A program made the translations under genes and the position numbers. From the NCBI GenBank assembly GCA_004525335.1, contig SPCL01000001.1:1-32840 (forward strand): a DNA stretch of 32,840 nt, read 5' to 3'. Origin of the DNA: Thermodesulfobacteriales bacterium. GTDB lineage: Bacteria; Desulfobacterota_D; UBA1144; Nemesobacterales; UBA2774. Shown here piece after piece: positions 1 to 9,037 of this stretch (position 1 is the stretch's first letter; each line of letters begins with the position of its first letter). The notes under the pieces are model-generated. The model was not told the origin of the DNA, made no database searches, and saw only the letters and a program-made list of their open reading frames with translations.

Positions 1-61
1 GCTCCGGCGGCGGGTGGCTTGATAATTTATGAAATCCTTTGGCTATACTAAAAAAACTCAT
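1..61 (-). CDS. N-terminal fragment of an unidentified protein (gene runs off the window start)
   Basis: On the minus strand a strong SD (AAGGAGGAGG, complement of 71-80) lies 9 nt upstream of an ATG (complement of 59-61). It is followed by 20 open codons (MSFFSIAKGFHKLSSHPPPE...) to the window edge. Too short to identify. Confidence 0.35.
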   Translation of the reverse strand, partial: MSFFSIAKGFHKLSSHPPPE

Positions 62-388
62 TCAGGGGTACCTCCTCCTTCTAGTTTACCCCCCTATCTC
101 TTTTTCCATACTGTCTCATATGTATATGAACTTTTACAGCAGCTTACAAGGACCAGACCTAAAACCATGGCCCGAAGACTTATTATGCCAAATCAAAAGT
201 GAAACTAAATAATCCTGTTGAATTGGCTCCTATACCAGTTTGAACAACCTGCCCACTGGTATTTTTAAATGATCCTGTGCCACCTGTAACGACCCTATTA
301 AAAGGAAAATTCAGCCCGTTTAACTCTAGCCCTGCTAGTGACTATTCTTGTGGCCGGATTACCTGGGGAGCAGTACAAACAGACCAAA

Positions 389-1270
389 TTATTGTTGGGA
401 TTTGTTATAACCTGAGAGTTGAGAGAGCTCTGGTAAGGATTTTGCTCCCTCATAGAACTTGCCGTTTATCTCCCAAGTTGGGTAGTTAATTATTCCACGC
501 GAGAAACAAAGATTAGACCTGGTATTAGGACCTTCCGGATCGCATTCTACATAATCAACATACTTTGATGCGTCTCCAAATAAGGCCTTCTGAGCGTTGC
601 AGTGAGGACACTTATAAGAGCCGTACATCTTAGCGCCGTTCTGTCTTAAATGCTTTGCCAGCCCAAGCTGAAAACTATTTGCTGTGCTTGTTCCCTCATT
701 TTGAGATTCAAGCCTGTCAGATTGAAAGGCGCTTGATCCAATTACCACAACTCCAAGCACACAAACAGTAAGGACTGCAGTATGTAACGAAGACAGTTTG
801 GGGTAAAACTCGGCTTTTCTAAAAGCAATCATAATAAAAATTGCTGTCATTATTAAAGCTGAAATAACGCAATAAGGACATATCGCCTTTATTACAAAAA
901 GCTCAAGATAAGTTAGATATACAGAGAAAACAAAACCGGCCAAGGATATTATATATAGAAGAAGCCACCTGAGACTCTTGGAAATAGAAACGTATGTAAA
1001 CCAGAAGATTAGTGCATACGCAATAGCTCCGAAAAGAGCTACAGGAACCCCAAAAATTGAAGAGTAACTGCTCTGCCTGACGGCGTCACAATCTGATCCC
1101 TGCGAGCAAAATGCAGTGTGCCCCTCTGTGTAATGCAAATAAGTTAGATAAACAGATAGCAAAAACCCAATTACAGAAAGAATGAGGATCGCTGGTTTAA
1201 AATACTTACTGTTAGTCTTATCTTTAATAGTCTTATCTCTAGAACTTTTGGTCTTATCTTTAGAACTCAT
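389..1270 (-). CDS. Vitamin K epoxide reductase (VKOR)-family membrane protein fused to a C-terminal thioredoxin-like domain
   Basis: The N-terminal half has multiple TM helices, loop cysteines (CSQGSDC) and a CPYC redox motif inside a TM helix, the VKOR pattern. The C-terminal soluble domain has a CPHC thioredoxin-type motif. Start placed at ATG 1270 (MSSKDKTK...). The ORF track starts at TTG 1303, and that alternative cannot be excluded. Confidence 0.8.
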   Translation of the reverse strand: MSSKDKTKSSRDKTIKDKTNSKYFKPAILILSVIGFLLSVYLTYLHYTEGHTAFCSQGSDCDAVRQSSYSSIFGVPVALFGAIAYALIFWFTYVSISKSLRWLLLYIISLAGFVFSVYLTYLELFVIKAICPYCVISALIMTAIFIMIAFRKAEFYPKLSSLHTAVLTVCVLGVVVIGSSAFQSDRLESQNEGTSTANSFQLGLAKHLRQNGAKMYGSYKCPHCNAQKALFGDASKYVDYVECDPEGPNTRSNLCFSRGIINYPTWEINGKFYEGAKSLPELSQLSGYNKSQQ

Positions 1271-1271
1271 A

Positions 1272-1301
1272 GTATTTAAGAACTCCGTATTTAAGAACTC
1301 C
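1272..1301. repeat. Perfect 15-bp tandem direct repeat (GTATTTAAGAACTCC x2) next to the VKOR start region
   Basis: Read directly: 1272-1286 equals 1287-1301. On the coding strand it is GGAGTTCTTAAATAC x2, ending 1 nt upstream of ATG 1270. If TTG 1303 were the start it would encode EFLNT-EFLNT. Confidence 0.9.
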
Positions 1302-1368
1302 AATTTACACGATTATTCGGGCTCGGCAAATAAGAATATTGTCTCTTCACCAATATGCAATAGAATAA

Positions 1369-3525
1369 TTAATTATCATAAAATTTGTTGCCGGAAACAG
1401 ATGCATCTTTAAGAAGAACAGGTGATATGTACCGGGTTCCATATTTAACACTCAGGTTATGGAGTTTCTTTAGAACTTCCCCTGCCCCTTGAGAATCTAC
1501 ATAGTTAAAAGGCCCCCCAATAACCGGGGGGAAGCCAAGTCCAAGGAGCGCCGCAATATCTCCTTCCTGAGGACTGTCGATGATTCCTTCATCAAGACAA
1601 ATAAGCGCTTCATTTACCATTGCCAACATAAGACGTTCTTGTATTTCTTTATTGGTCATGCTCTGAGATTTTTCAGAATGTACAGGGAAAAATTTATAGA
1701 CTGACTTATCAAACCTTCCTTGATCTTTGTGATATTTATAGAAACCTTGTCCGTTTTTTAGGCCTAACCTTTCATTGCTAACTAAGAGGCCAAGAGAGGG
1801 ATGAGGTTTTATTTTATCACCTTGCACTTGATATATTATATTAGATGCTTTCAGCACTAGATCTATCCCTATTCTATCAATAGTCATAAAAGGCCCTTCT
1901 TCAAATCCAAGCCGGGTCATTGAATCTTCTACTGATTCTATGGATACACCCTCGCTAACAAGATTGAGGCTCTCGTTAAAATAAGCCAGCTGCACCCGTG
2001 TAGTGTAGGAGCCGGTTGCCCCGTTTACTACAATTGGGATTTTCCCTAGTCTCTTTAAAAACTCTATCACCTCTGAAAGAGCTTCTTTAGATGTATCGTC
2101 GGTAACAGAAATTTCAACAAATTCAGAGCTGTCGGCATAATTAAAAAAGCGGCCCCCTATAACTCTGCCTGGGAGTATTGAATTTGAAGCAATACCGGCA
2201 ATGGGATAGACAAAAGAGCTTGAGAGATATATAGCATTCATCTGCAAAATCGGCTCTATTTCTTTTAATGCATCAAGCTTAAATTTCAGATCCTCTTCCC
2301 CACATTCAAAAATTATTTGAGCTCTTTTAAAACCTGAATAATCTGCAGTTGCACTAATTAGATCAAACTTCTGTTCAAAGTCCAGTTCTTTTATTTCGTG
2401 ATTGTCATATTTATCTTTGAAGTGATCATAACAATACTTAAGACTCGACCCCACCTCTTCGTCATCCCTTCCCTTCAAGCGGACTTTAACACCGTGATCA
2501 GCAGCTAGAGAACTAATTTCATTGCCTAAATTATTTGCGCCAACAACTGCTATTTTATGAATATCGCCTTTGGCTTTAACGCCTGTTTTAGAAAAGCCTG
2601 ACTCGTCCTTAACTTTTTCTAAAGCCATTTGAGTCCTTATCAAACTTCGTGTCGCAGTGCTTACAACGAGTTCTCCAAAATAAACAGATTCAACATGAAG
2701 CCCCCTGTTAAAGCTGGACATACCAACCTCAAGAGCTTCAATTGCCATTATCGGCGAATTGATTGAGGGCCGCCGGTCTTTATTCGCCTGTTTTCTTACA
2801 TCATTAAAAAGTTTTTTTCGAGCAATCGGATTCTCATTTACAATCGTATGCTGTATGCCCTTAAAGTAACCTCTTTGGGGTTTAAATTCTTTATTTGATA
2901 TCTGCAAGGCGCGTTCAAGGGAAATGTCCAATAGTATTTCAGAAGGAACCACTTCATCTATTAATCCAAGCTTCTTGGCATAAGTTGAATCGATAGTTTC
3001 CCCTGAGAGAATTAGATCAAGCGCTTCTCTTGTACCTATTAACCTTGGAAGCCTTTGCGTACCTCCGGCACATGGGATTAATCCATTTTCGACCTCGTTC
3101 ATTCCAAAATAAGTATTTGAGTTTTCTGAAGCAACTCTGTATGTACAAGCCAAAATTAGCTCAAGCCCCATCCCTAGACAAGATCCACTCACAGCTGCAA
3201 TAAATGGCGCCCTCGAACTCTCTATCTTCTCTGTTACTTCCTGGGCTTTTAAGCTATATCCCCTGCCCTCATCTGCAAGAGTGAAATTGAAGTACTCCCT
3301 TAACTCGGCACCATTAATAAAACTTTTTTCCTTACCGCTATAGAGAACTACAGCCCTTATTTCATCCTCGTTTTCTATCATATCGAGCTGTCTATCAATA
3401 TTGCCTAGGAACTCAAGCATCCAGGCTATATCAATTTGACGCAGCTTGTTTGAGGTGCTCTCAGGGTTATCAAACCTAAGCACTGCTATACCATTTTTAT
3501 CTAATTCAAAAGATATGCTGTTCAT
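1369..3525 (-). CDS. fadJ: Fatty-acid oxidation multifunctional protein (enoyl-CoA hydratase / 3-hydroxyacyl-CoA dehydrogenase), FadJ/FadB-like
   Basis: 718 aa. N-terminal crotonase-fold region (FIAAVSGSCLGMGLELILAC), a central Rossmann glycine motif (KIAVVGANNLG) and a C-terminal 3-hydroxyacyl-CoA dehydrogenase region. It sits immediately downstream of a thiolase gene, the fadI-fadJ order. Confidence 0.9.
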   Translation of the reverse strand: MNSISFELDKNGIAVLRFDNPESTSNKLRQIDIAWMLEFLGNIDRQLDMIENEDEIRAVVLYSGKEKSFINGAELREYFNFTLADEGRGYSLKAQEVTEKIESSRAPFIAAVSGSCLGMGLELILACTYRVASENSNTYFGMNEVENGLIPCAGGTQRLPRLIGTREALDLILSGETIDSTYAKKLGLIDEVVPSEILLDISLERALQISNKEFKPQRGYFKGIQHTIVNENPIARKKLFNDVRKQANKDRRPSINSPIMAIEALEVGMSSFNRGLHVESVYFGELVVSTATRSLIRTQMALEKVKDESGFSKTGVKAKGDIHKIAVVGANNLGNEISSLAADHGVKVRLKGRDDEEVGSSLKYCYDHFKDKYDNHEIKELDFEQKFDLISATADYSGFKRAQIIFECGEEDLKFKLDALKEIEPILQMNAIYLSSSFVYPIAGIASNSILPGRVIGGRFFNYADSSEFVEISVTDDTSKEALSEVIEFLKRLGKIPIVVNGATGSYTTRVQLAYFNESLNLVSEGVSIESVEDSMTRLGFEEGPFMTIDRIGIDLVLKASNIIYQVQGDKIKPHPSLGLLVSNERLGLKNGQGFYKYHKDQGRFDKSVYKFFPVHSEKSQSMTNKEIQERLMLAMVNEALICLDEGIIDSPQEGDIAALLGLGFPPVIGGPFNYVDSQGAGEVLKKLHNLSVKYGTRYISPVLLKDASVSGNKFYDN

Positions 3526-3559
3526 TTGTATTAGTCTTATAAAAAAGTCTTATAAAATA

Positions 3560-4882
3560 TTACTCCCTTTCTAAAATGACAGTCGCACCAAGACCTCCGG
3601 CTGCACAAACAGTGGCGAGGCCAAAATTGGCTTGTCTTCTCTGAAGCGCGTATAGAAGGGTCAAAATTATTCTTCCTCCAGTTGCTCCAAATGGGTGCCC
3701 TATGGCGATTGAGCCTCCGGTTACGTTTACTTTATCCATATCAATCTCTCCGAGAGCTTTAGTCCGAGAGAGCTTTTCCTCAGCAAATTTTTTTGAAGCA
3801 AACGCTCTAATATTTGAAAGCACCTGTGCAGAGAAAGCTTCATGTATTTCAACAAGTTCCATATCTTTAAGTGTAAGCCCCGCTTTGTCTAAGGCTGCCG
3901 GGGTAGAATATGCCGGACCCATAAGCAGCTGATCTCTAGGATCAAGGGCGGAATAGGCATAGGAGCGTACATAGCCTAAAGGTTTAAATCCAAGAGCCTT
4001 GGCTCTTTCTTCAGACATCAGAAGCAGAGCACAAGCGCCGTCTGACAAGGGAGCTGAGTTGCCCGAAGTTACCGTGCCGTATTCTTTATCAAATGCCGGC
4101 TTCAGCTCTGATAGAGTCTCTATAGTTAGGCCGCTTTTTACTGCGTTATCAGTGAATATTGGTTCTTCAAAATCAGGCGGGATAAAAGTCTTTATCATTT
4201 CCCTTCTAAATATTTCCTCTTTCTGGGCTTTTGATGCCAAGGTATGACTACGCAGAGCAAATTCATCCTGGTCTTTTCTTGATATCTGGTTTAGTCGGGC
4301 CATTTTTTCGGCGGACTCGCCCATAGTCAGGCCTGTCGACCGCTCGGCAATTGCCGGTATATCAGGAGCAATGTCCCCTACCCCCATTTTAAAAAAGGGT
4401 TTTGCTTTTTGAAAAATATTTTTACCTTTTGATGAATCAAAGAGCATATTCCTGAAACTTTTTGAAAATAGAACTGGGAAATCAGAGATAGATTCGACTC
4501 CACCAACTACAACTACATTTGAATCACCCGACAAAATACTTTCGACCCCGTTTGTGAAAGCCTGAGTACCTGAAGCGCATGCGCTGGTTACCGTAAAAGC
4601 AGGCACAGTTACAGGAACGCCTGAGCTAAGAGATATTTCTCTTGCTAAATTAGATGTTTTAATTGAAGGAAGAACAGTGCCGAAAATTACTTTGTCTATG
4701 TCTTTAGGATCTATTTCGGTCCGGTTTAAAAGCTCGACAGTTACTATTTTCCCAAGCTCTAAAGACGATAGGTTTCTAAATAGTGTCCCTGATTTTATAA
4801 ATGGCGTTCTTAAACCGTAAACAATAGCAACTCTGTTTCGGTTGTTGACTTGATTCACTATTTCTCCCGATGAGAAACTCAT
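3560..4882 (-). CDS. fadI: Acetyl-CoA C-acyltransferase (3-ketoacyl-CoA thiolase), FadI/FadA-like
   Basis: 440 aa with thiolase signatures: acyl-cysteine VTSACASG, GHPFGATGGR, and the C-terminal CAAGGLG. Confidence 0.92.
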   Translation of the reverse strand: MSFSSGEIVNQVNNRNRVAIVYGLRTPFIKSGTLFRNLSSLELGKIVTVELLNRTEIDPKDIDKVIFGTVLPSIKTSNLAREISLSSGVPVTVPAFTVTSACASGTQAFTNGVESILSGDSNVVVVGGVESISDFPVLFSKSFRNMLFDSSKGKNIFQKAKPFFKMGVGDIAPDIPAIAERSTGLTMGESAEKMARLNQISRKDQDEFALRSHTLASKAQKEEIFRREMIKTFIPPDFEEPIFTDNAVKSGLTIETLSELKPAFDKEYGTVTSGNSAPLSDGACALLLMSEERAKALGFKPLGYVRSYAYSALDPRDQLLMGPAYSTPAALDKAGLTLKDMELVEIHEAFSAQVLSNIRAFASKKFAEEKLSRTKALGEIDMDKVNVTGGSIAIGHPFGATGGRIILTLLYALQRRQANFGLATVCAAGGLGATVILERE

Positions 4883-5003
4883 ATCAAAATTATCCCCGAC
4901 TTTAAGACTAAGATAGATAAATCATAAAGAATACCGCAATTCTAAATTGAGAAGATTACAAAAAAATCACTGGTTACAAATTAACTATAGACACTATCAT
5001 ATA

Positions 5004-5462
5004 CTAGGCCGTTTCAGTCCCGTTCTTAACTTTCAGTTTAAGCTCAATGAATTTCGAACGATCTAGATTAAGCATATTTAGCAGCTTATGCGCTATATAG
5101 TTTTCAAACTTATCAAGGGTCCCGTCTGAGTATATCACTTCCCAAACCAGCTCCATTAAGTTGTACTTTTCTTCATTATTCAAATTTTCATTGATAAGGT
5201 CGGTGAAATACCATAAATCGGTCGAGTTTTTTCTTTCATTTTCGGATTCATCGATCAGTTCTTTGACTGATTCATCATTCATCTGAAACCTTGATTTTAA
5301 TATTTCTATGATTTTTTCTTGCTCTTGTGGAGAAAAGTTAGAGTCAGCAGTAGCTGCTTCTAGTAAAATAACACTAGTTGCAACCCTCAGTTTAAGCTCC
5401 CTATCCTCTGCACTTTCTTCTTTTTTTGATCCGTTGAATATTTTTTTAAATGCTCCGAGCAT
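5004..5462 (-). CDS. TerB-family (tellurite-resistance TerB-like) protein
   Basis: 152 aa. Two-lobed acidic helical pattern typical of the TerB domain (LLEAATADSNFSPQEQEKI ... DLWYFTDLINENL ... LVWEVIYSDGTLDKFENYIAHKL). Confidence 0.75.
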   Translation of the reverse strand: MLGAFKKIFNGSKKEESAEDRELKLRVATSVILLEAATADSNFSPQEQEKIIEILKSRFQMNDESVKELIDESENERKNSTDLWYFTDLINENLNNEEKYNLMELVWEVIYSDGTLDKFENYIAHKLLNMLNLDRSKFIELKLKVKNGTETA

Positions 5463-5698
5463 GACACCTTCCTTTTGTTATTATTATAGATGGCTTACTA
5501 TTCAGCATAATTATGTAACTGTCTACTCTATAGCAAATATTAACTTTTTAGTCTGTATCAAGCTCATATTACAAAATAGACTGTTAGATTATAGCTAATA
5601 AATATTGCTATCAATAGTTCCTGGACAGAAGAACCTTTATTCTTGAGATCAGATTCAAACCATGTAAGATTATCTGAGCTAATTTTGGAGAATATTAA

Positions 5699-6172
5699 AT
5701 GCCTTTTTCTGAAACACTGACAAAGAAATTAAATGCTATTGTTTCTAAATCTGAAACTAAACGATCAGCGCTTATACCGGTGCTTAGAGAAATTCAGAAT
5801 GAGTACGGATACCTGTCTGCGCAATCCATGGAAGAAGCTGCTACTATGCTGGAAATAAGTCCTTCCAGCGTTCAAAACGTCGCCACTTTCTATACTATGT
5901 TTTTTACGGAACCCGCAGGTAAGCACATCGTGTGGGTTTGCAGAACATTGTCATGCGCACTGAGAGGGGCTGAGCACGTAGAGCATTATATGTGTGATAA
6001 ATTGGGCATAAAAACAGGTGAAACAACTCCTGACGGGAAAATTACACTTATGGAAGCTGAATGTCTGGCCTCATGCGGAACAGCGCCTGTAATGCTTGTT
6101 GATAATACGCTTGAGGAAAATCTTACAAAAGCGAGGGTTGATCAAGTAATCCAAGAGCTGAGGGAAGACTAA
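5699..6172 (+). CDS. nuoE: NuoE-like thioredoxin-fold [2Fe-2S] protein (NADH-quinone oxidoreductase subunit E family)
   Basis: 157 aa. Shows KRSALIPVLREIQ, VATFYTMF and the four-Cys pattern VCRTLSC...AECLASCGTAPVM characteristic of NuoE/HoxE. No nuoF or nuoG is adjacent. Confidence 0.85.
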   Translation: MPFSETLTKKLNAIVSKSETKRSALIPVLREIQNEYGYLSAQSMEEAATMLEISPSSVQNVATFYTMFFTEPAGKHIVWVCRTLSCALRGAEHVEHYMCDKLGIKTGETTPDGKITLMEAECLASCGTAPVMLVDNTLEENLTKARVDQVIQELRED

Positions 6173-6240
6173 TCAGTATCGCTTCAAGATTGAAATATAT
6201 GATCAAACAATAAAACAATATATAATAAAACAATAAGACA

Positions 6241-7566
6241 ATGGATACAGATAAAACAAGACAGCATGCGCTTGAAATATACAAAGAGGCCGTAGAAGCG
6301 GCAAATCCTAAAAAATGCGTACTCGACTATTTAAGCCTTGAAGATGAAGTACTCACTATTGAGTCAAAGACTTACGATCTCAAAGAATTTGATTCCATCT
6401 ATGCAATAGCTTTTGGAAAAGCTGCCTCGGCCATGGCTGAGGGTGTCGAAGAAGTGCTTGGTAACAGGCTTAGCGGTGGAATGGTCATATCCAATTCACA
6501 GCCTGAGAGAAAGTTTAACAAATTAGGATTCCATCTTTGCGGCCATCCCGTACCCGATGAGAGAAGTATTCTTGCAGCCAATGATGTTATGTCGATTCTT
6601 GGAACTGCTGGGGAAAAAGACTTAGTCATATTTCTAATCTCAGGAGGCGGAAGCGCCGTGTTATCTATGCCTTCACCCGGGCTCACATTAGACGATACAA
6701 GAAAAGCTACAGAAGCGCTTTTGCGAAGCGGCGTAGACAAAAACGGTTTAAACGCTGTAAGAAAACATATATCACAAATTAAAGGCGGCGGGCTCTTAAA
6801 AAAAGCGCTGCCCGCTCATGTAGTGACATTAATTCTATCAAACGTAGTAAGCGATAAATTAGACGCCATCGCCTCAGGCCCAACTGTGCCCGATTCAACT
6901 ACATACGAAGATGCCTGGCGCGTTATAGAAGCTTTAGGTATAGAGCACCAACTTCCACCTCAAGTGGTCGTGCATCTTGAAGACGGGCGGAAGGGGGAGC
7001 TTGCGGAAACGCTTAAAGAAGGTGAATTCGACCCGGAATTGGTCCAGACTTTAATAGTTGGCAGCAACATTAAATCGCTGATTGCAGCTCAGAAAAAAGC
7101 CGCCGAATTTGGATATAACACACTGATGCTGTCTTCTCAGATTAGTGGAGAAGCAAAGGAAGTAGCTAAAGTAATAGCGGGAATTGCATTTGATATTGAA
7201 AGATCCGACATTCCGGTAAAAACACCAAGCTGCATTATCTTTGGCGGAGAGACCGCCGTCACAGTGCACAGCATGGGCAAAGGCGGCAGAAGCACCGAGA
7301 CTGCTCTATCATTTTGTATGGAAATAACAGATCATAACATCGTTGGATTATTTTGTGATACGGACGGGGTAGATGGGCCAATAGATGCTGCCGGGGCAAT
7401 ATGCGACGGACAGAGCCGGCTTAATGCAAGGAAAATTAATGTGAGCGCTAGAGAGCACCTTGCACAAAATAATTCTTATGACTTTTTTGACAAATTAGGG
7501 GATTTAATTATCACCGGTCCTACAGGCACAAATGTAATGGATATAGGCATTGTAATTGTAGAATAG
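6241..7566 (+). CDS. Glycerate 2-kinase, MOFRL family (historically annotated as 'hydroxypyruvate reductase' TtuD)
   Basis: 441 aa. N-terminal domain with AIAFGKAA..MA and ISGGGSA, and a C-terminal MOFRL-type region with IFGGETAVTV..GKGGRSTE and TDGVDGP. Confidence 0.85.
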   Translation: MDTDKTRQHALEIYKEAVEAANPKKCVLDYLSLEDEVLTIESKTYDLKEFDSIYAIAFGKAASAMAEGVEEVLGNRLSGGMVISNSQPERKFNKLGFHLCGHPVPDERSILAANDVMSILGTAGEKDLVIFLISGGGSAVLSMPSPGLTLDDTRKATEALLRSGVDKNGLNAVRKHISQIKGGGLLKKALPAHVVTLILSNVVSDKLDAIASGPTVPDSTTYEDAWRVIEALGIEHQLPPQVVVHLEDGRKGELAETLKEGEFDPELVQTLIVGSNIKSLIAAQKKAAEFGYNTLMLSSQISGEAKEVAKVIAGIAFDIERSDIPVKTPSCIIFGGETAVTVHSMGKGGRSTETALSFCMEITDHNIVGLFCDTDGVDGPIDAAGAICDGQSRLNARKINVSAREHLAQNNSYDFFDKLGDLIITGPTGTNVMDIGIVIVE

Positions 7567-7635
7567 CAACAATCTCACTTCGAATTAAAAATCAGACATT
7601 GAATTCATAGGGTGGAATGATTTAATATAAAAGTT

Positions 7636-8991
7636 ATGGAAATGCTATCTAGACCACTTCCTCAGAATATTGAAGCCGAGCAGGCAGTTCTTGGCTCAAT
7701 AATATTGGAAAGCACAGTTATTAACCAAGTGCTTGAAATTCTTATAGCTGAGGACTTCTATAAGGACGCCCACCGCAAAATATTCAACGCAATGGTAGAT
7801 CTGGATAGGGACAATAAACCCATAGATCTGCTCACTCTATTTGACAACCTTAAATCAAGAGGAAATTTACTTGAAGAGGTAGGTGAAAGCAGCTATCTCA
7901 CATATCTTACAGAACTCGTGCCGACCACAGAGAATGTCGAGTATTACGCCCAGTTAGTCAAAGAAAAGTCCATCCTCAGAAATATGGTTATCGCAGCGAC
8001 TGACATTGCTCACCGTGGTAACGACAATAATGTTGACTTGGACGAATTTATCGACAGGGCAGAACATACGATACTGGACATTGGTCAGAACAAAATTAAG
8101 CCAAGCTTTTATGACTCAAAATATCTTGCGAATAAAGCGCTTGAAATCATTGAGCAGCTTCACGCTAGAAAAGAATTAATAACGGGTATACCGACAGGCT
8201 TTGAGAAACTTGACTACATGACATCAGGGTTTCAAGCTGGAGACCTTGTAATACTTGCAGCTCGACCTGGCCTTGGAAAAACATCTTTGGCTTTGAATAT
8301 CGCATATCATGCTGCTATTAACGACAATAAGACTGTCGGCATCTTTTCTCTTGAAATGACAAAAGAGCAGCTGATGTTGAGAATGTTTTCCAATAAATCC
8401 AAAGTTAACTACTCCAGTATTAGAAGCGGTTACATAAAGGATGGCGACCTGGAAAAGCTAGTACACGCTGCTGATGAATTAGGTCAGGCAAAGATCTTTA
8501 TTGATGATACCCCGGCGATAAGCGTTATGGAGATACGAGCTAAGTCCAGAAGGCTACAAAAAGATAAGGGCTTGGACTTAATCATTGTGGACTACTTGCA
8601 ACTTATGCGAGGCAGCAGAAAATCGGAATCAAGGGAACGTGAGATCGCTGAGATTTCCGGCTCACTTAAGGCTCTTGCTAAAGAATTGTCACTACCTGTG
8701 TTAGCAATTTCCCAGCTCAGCAGGCAAACCGAAACCCGATCGGACAGGATACCTCAACTCTCTGATTTAAGAGAGAGTGGAGCAATAGAGCAAGATGCTG
8801 ATTTGGTTCTTTTTATACACAGGGCAGATGTTTACAGAAAAGACCCTGAGGAAAAAGACGGTATTGCAGAATTAATTATAGGAAAACAGAGAAACGGCCC
8901 TACCGGCAGTATAAAACTAGCGTTCCTAGAAAAACGAGGCGTCCCGAGTTTTGAGAACTTGGCTCCAGAGTATGAAGACGGTTTTTCTTGA
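7636..8991 (+). CDS. dnaB: Replicative DNA helicase DnaB
   Basis: 451 aa. N-terminal PQNIEAEQAVLGSII, Walker A AARPGLGKTS, Walker B IIVDYLQLM, then QLSR and GKQRNGPTG. No intein-sized insertion. Confidence 0.97.
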   Translation: MEMLSRPLPQNIEAEQAVLGSIILESTVINQVLEILIAEDFYKDAHRKIFNAMVDLDRDNKPIDLLTLFDNLKSRGNLLEEVGESSYLTYLTELVPTTENVEYYAQLVKEKSILRNMVIAATDIAHRGNDNNVDLDEFIDRAEHTILDIGQNKIKPSFYDSKYLANKALEIIEQLHARKELITGIPTGFEKLDYMTSGFQAGDLVILAARPGLGKTSLALNIAYHAAINDNKTVGIFSLEMTKEQLMLRMFSNKSKVNYSSIRSGYIKDGDLEKLVHAADELGQAKIFIDDTPAISVMEIRAKSRRLQKDKGLDLIIVDYLQLMRGSRKSESREREIAEISGSLKALAKELSLPVLAISQLSRQTETRSDRIPQLSDLRESGAIEQDADLVLFIHRADVYRKDPEEKDGIAELIIGKQRNGPTGSIKLAFLEKRGVPSFENLAPEYEDGFS

Positions 8992-9037
8992 TTTGAGCCC
9001 AGCGAAGAAGGATTACTTTATAATAGCCTATAGCCAA

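Noticed and set aside
120-212. 30-codon plus-strand mini-ORF (MYMNFYSSLQGPDLKPWPEDLLCQIKSETK) in the non-coding stretch downstream of the VKOR gene
   Set aside because: It has no SD, is very short and has no recognisable features. The region is more simply read as the 3' UTR of the VKOR gene plus the promoter and leader of the minus-strand gene that starts at 61.
277-489. 70-aa plus-strand ORF overlapping the 3' end of the VKOR gene
   Set aside because: It overlaps the VKOR-thioredoxin coding region on the opposite strand. It has no SD and no recognisable features. It is most likely a chance ORF.
5699-7566. nuoE taken as evidence that a respiratory complex I operon lies in this window
   Set aside because: No other nuo gene is present on either side. 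The downstream gene is a MOFRL glycerate kinase.
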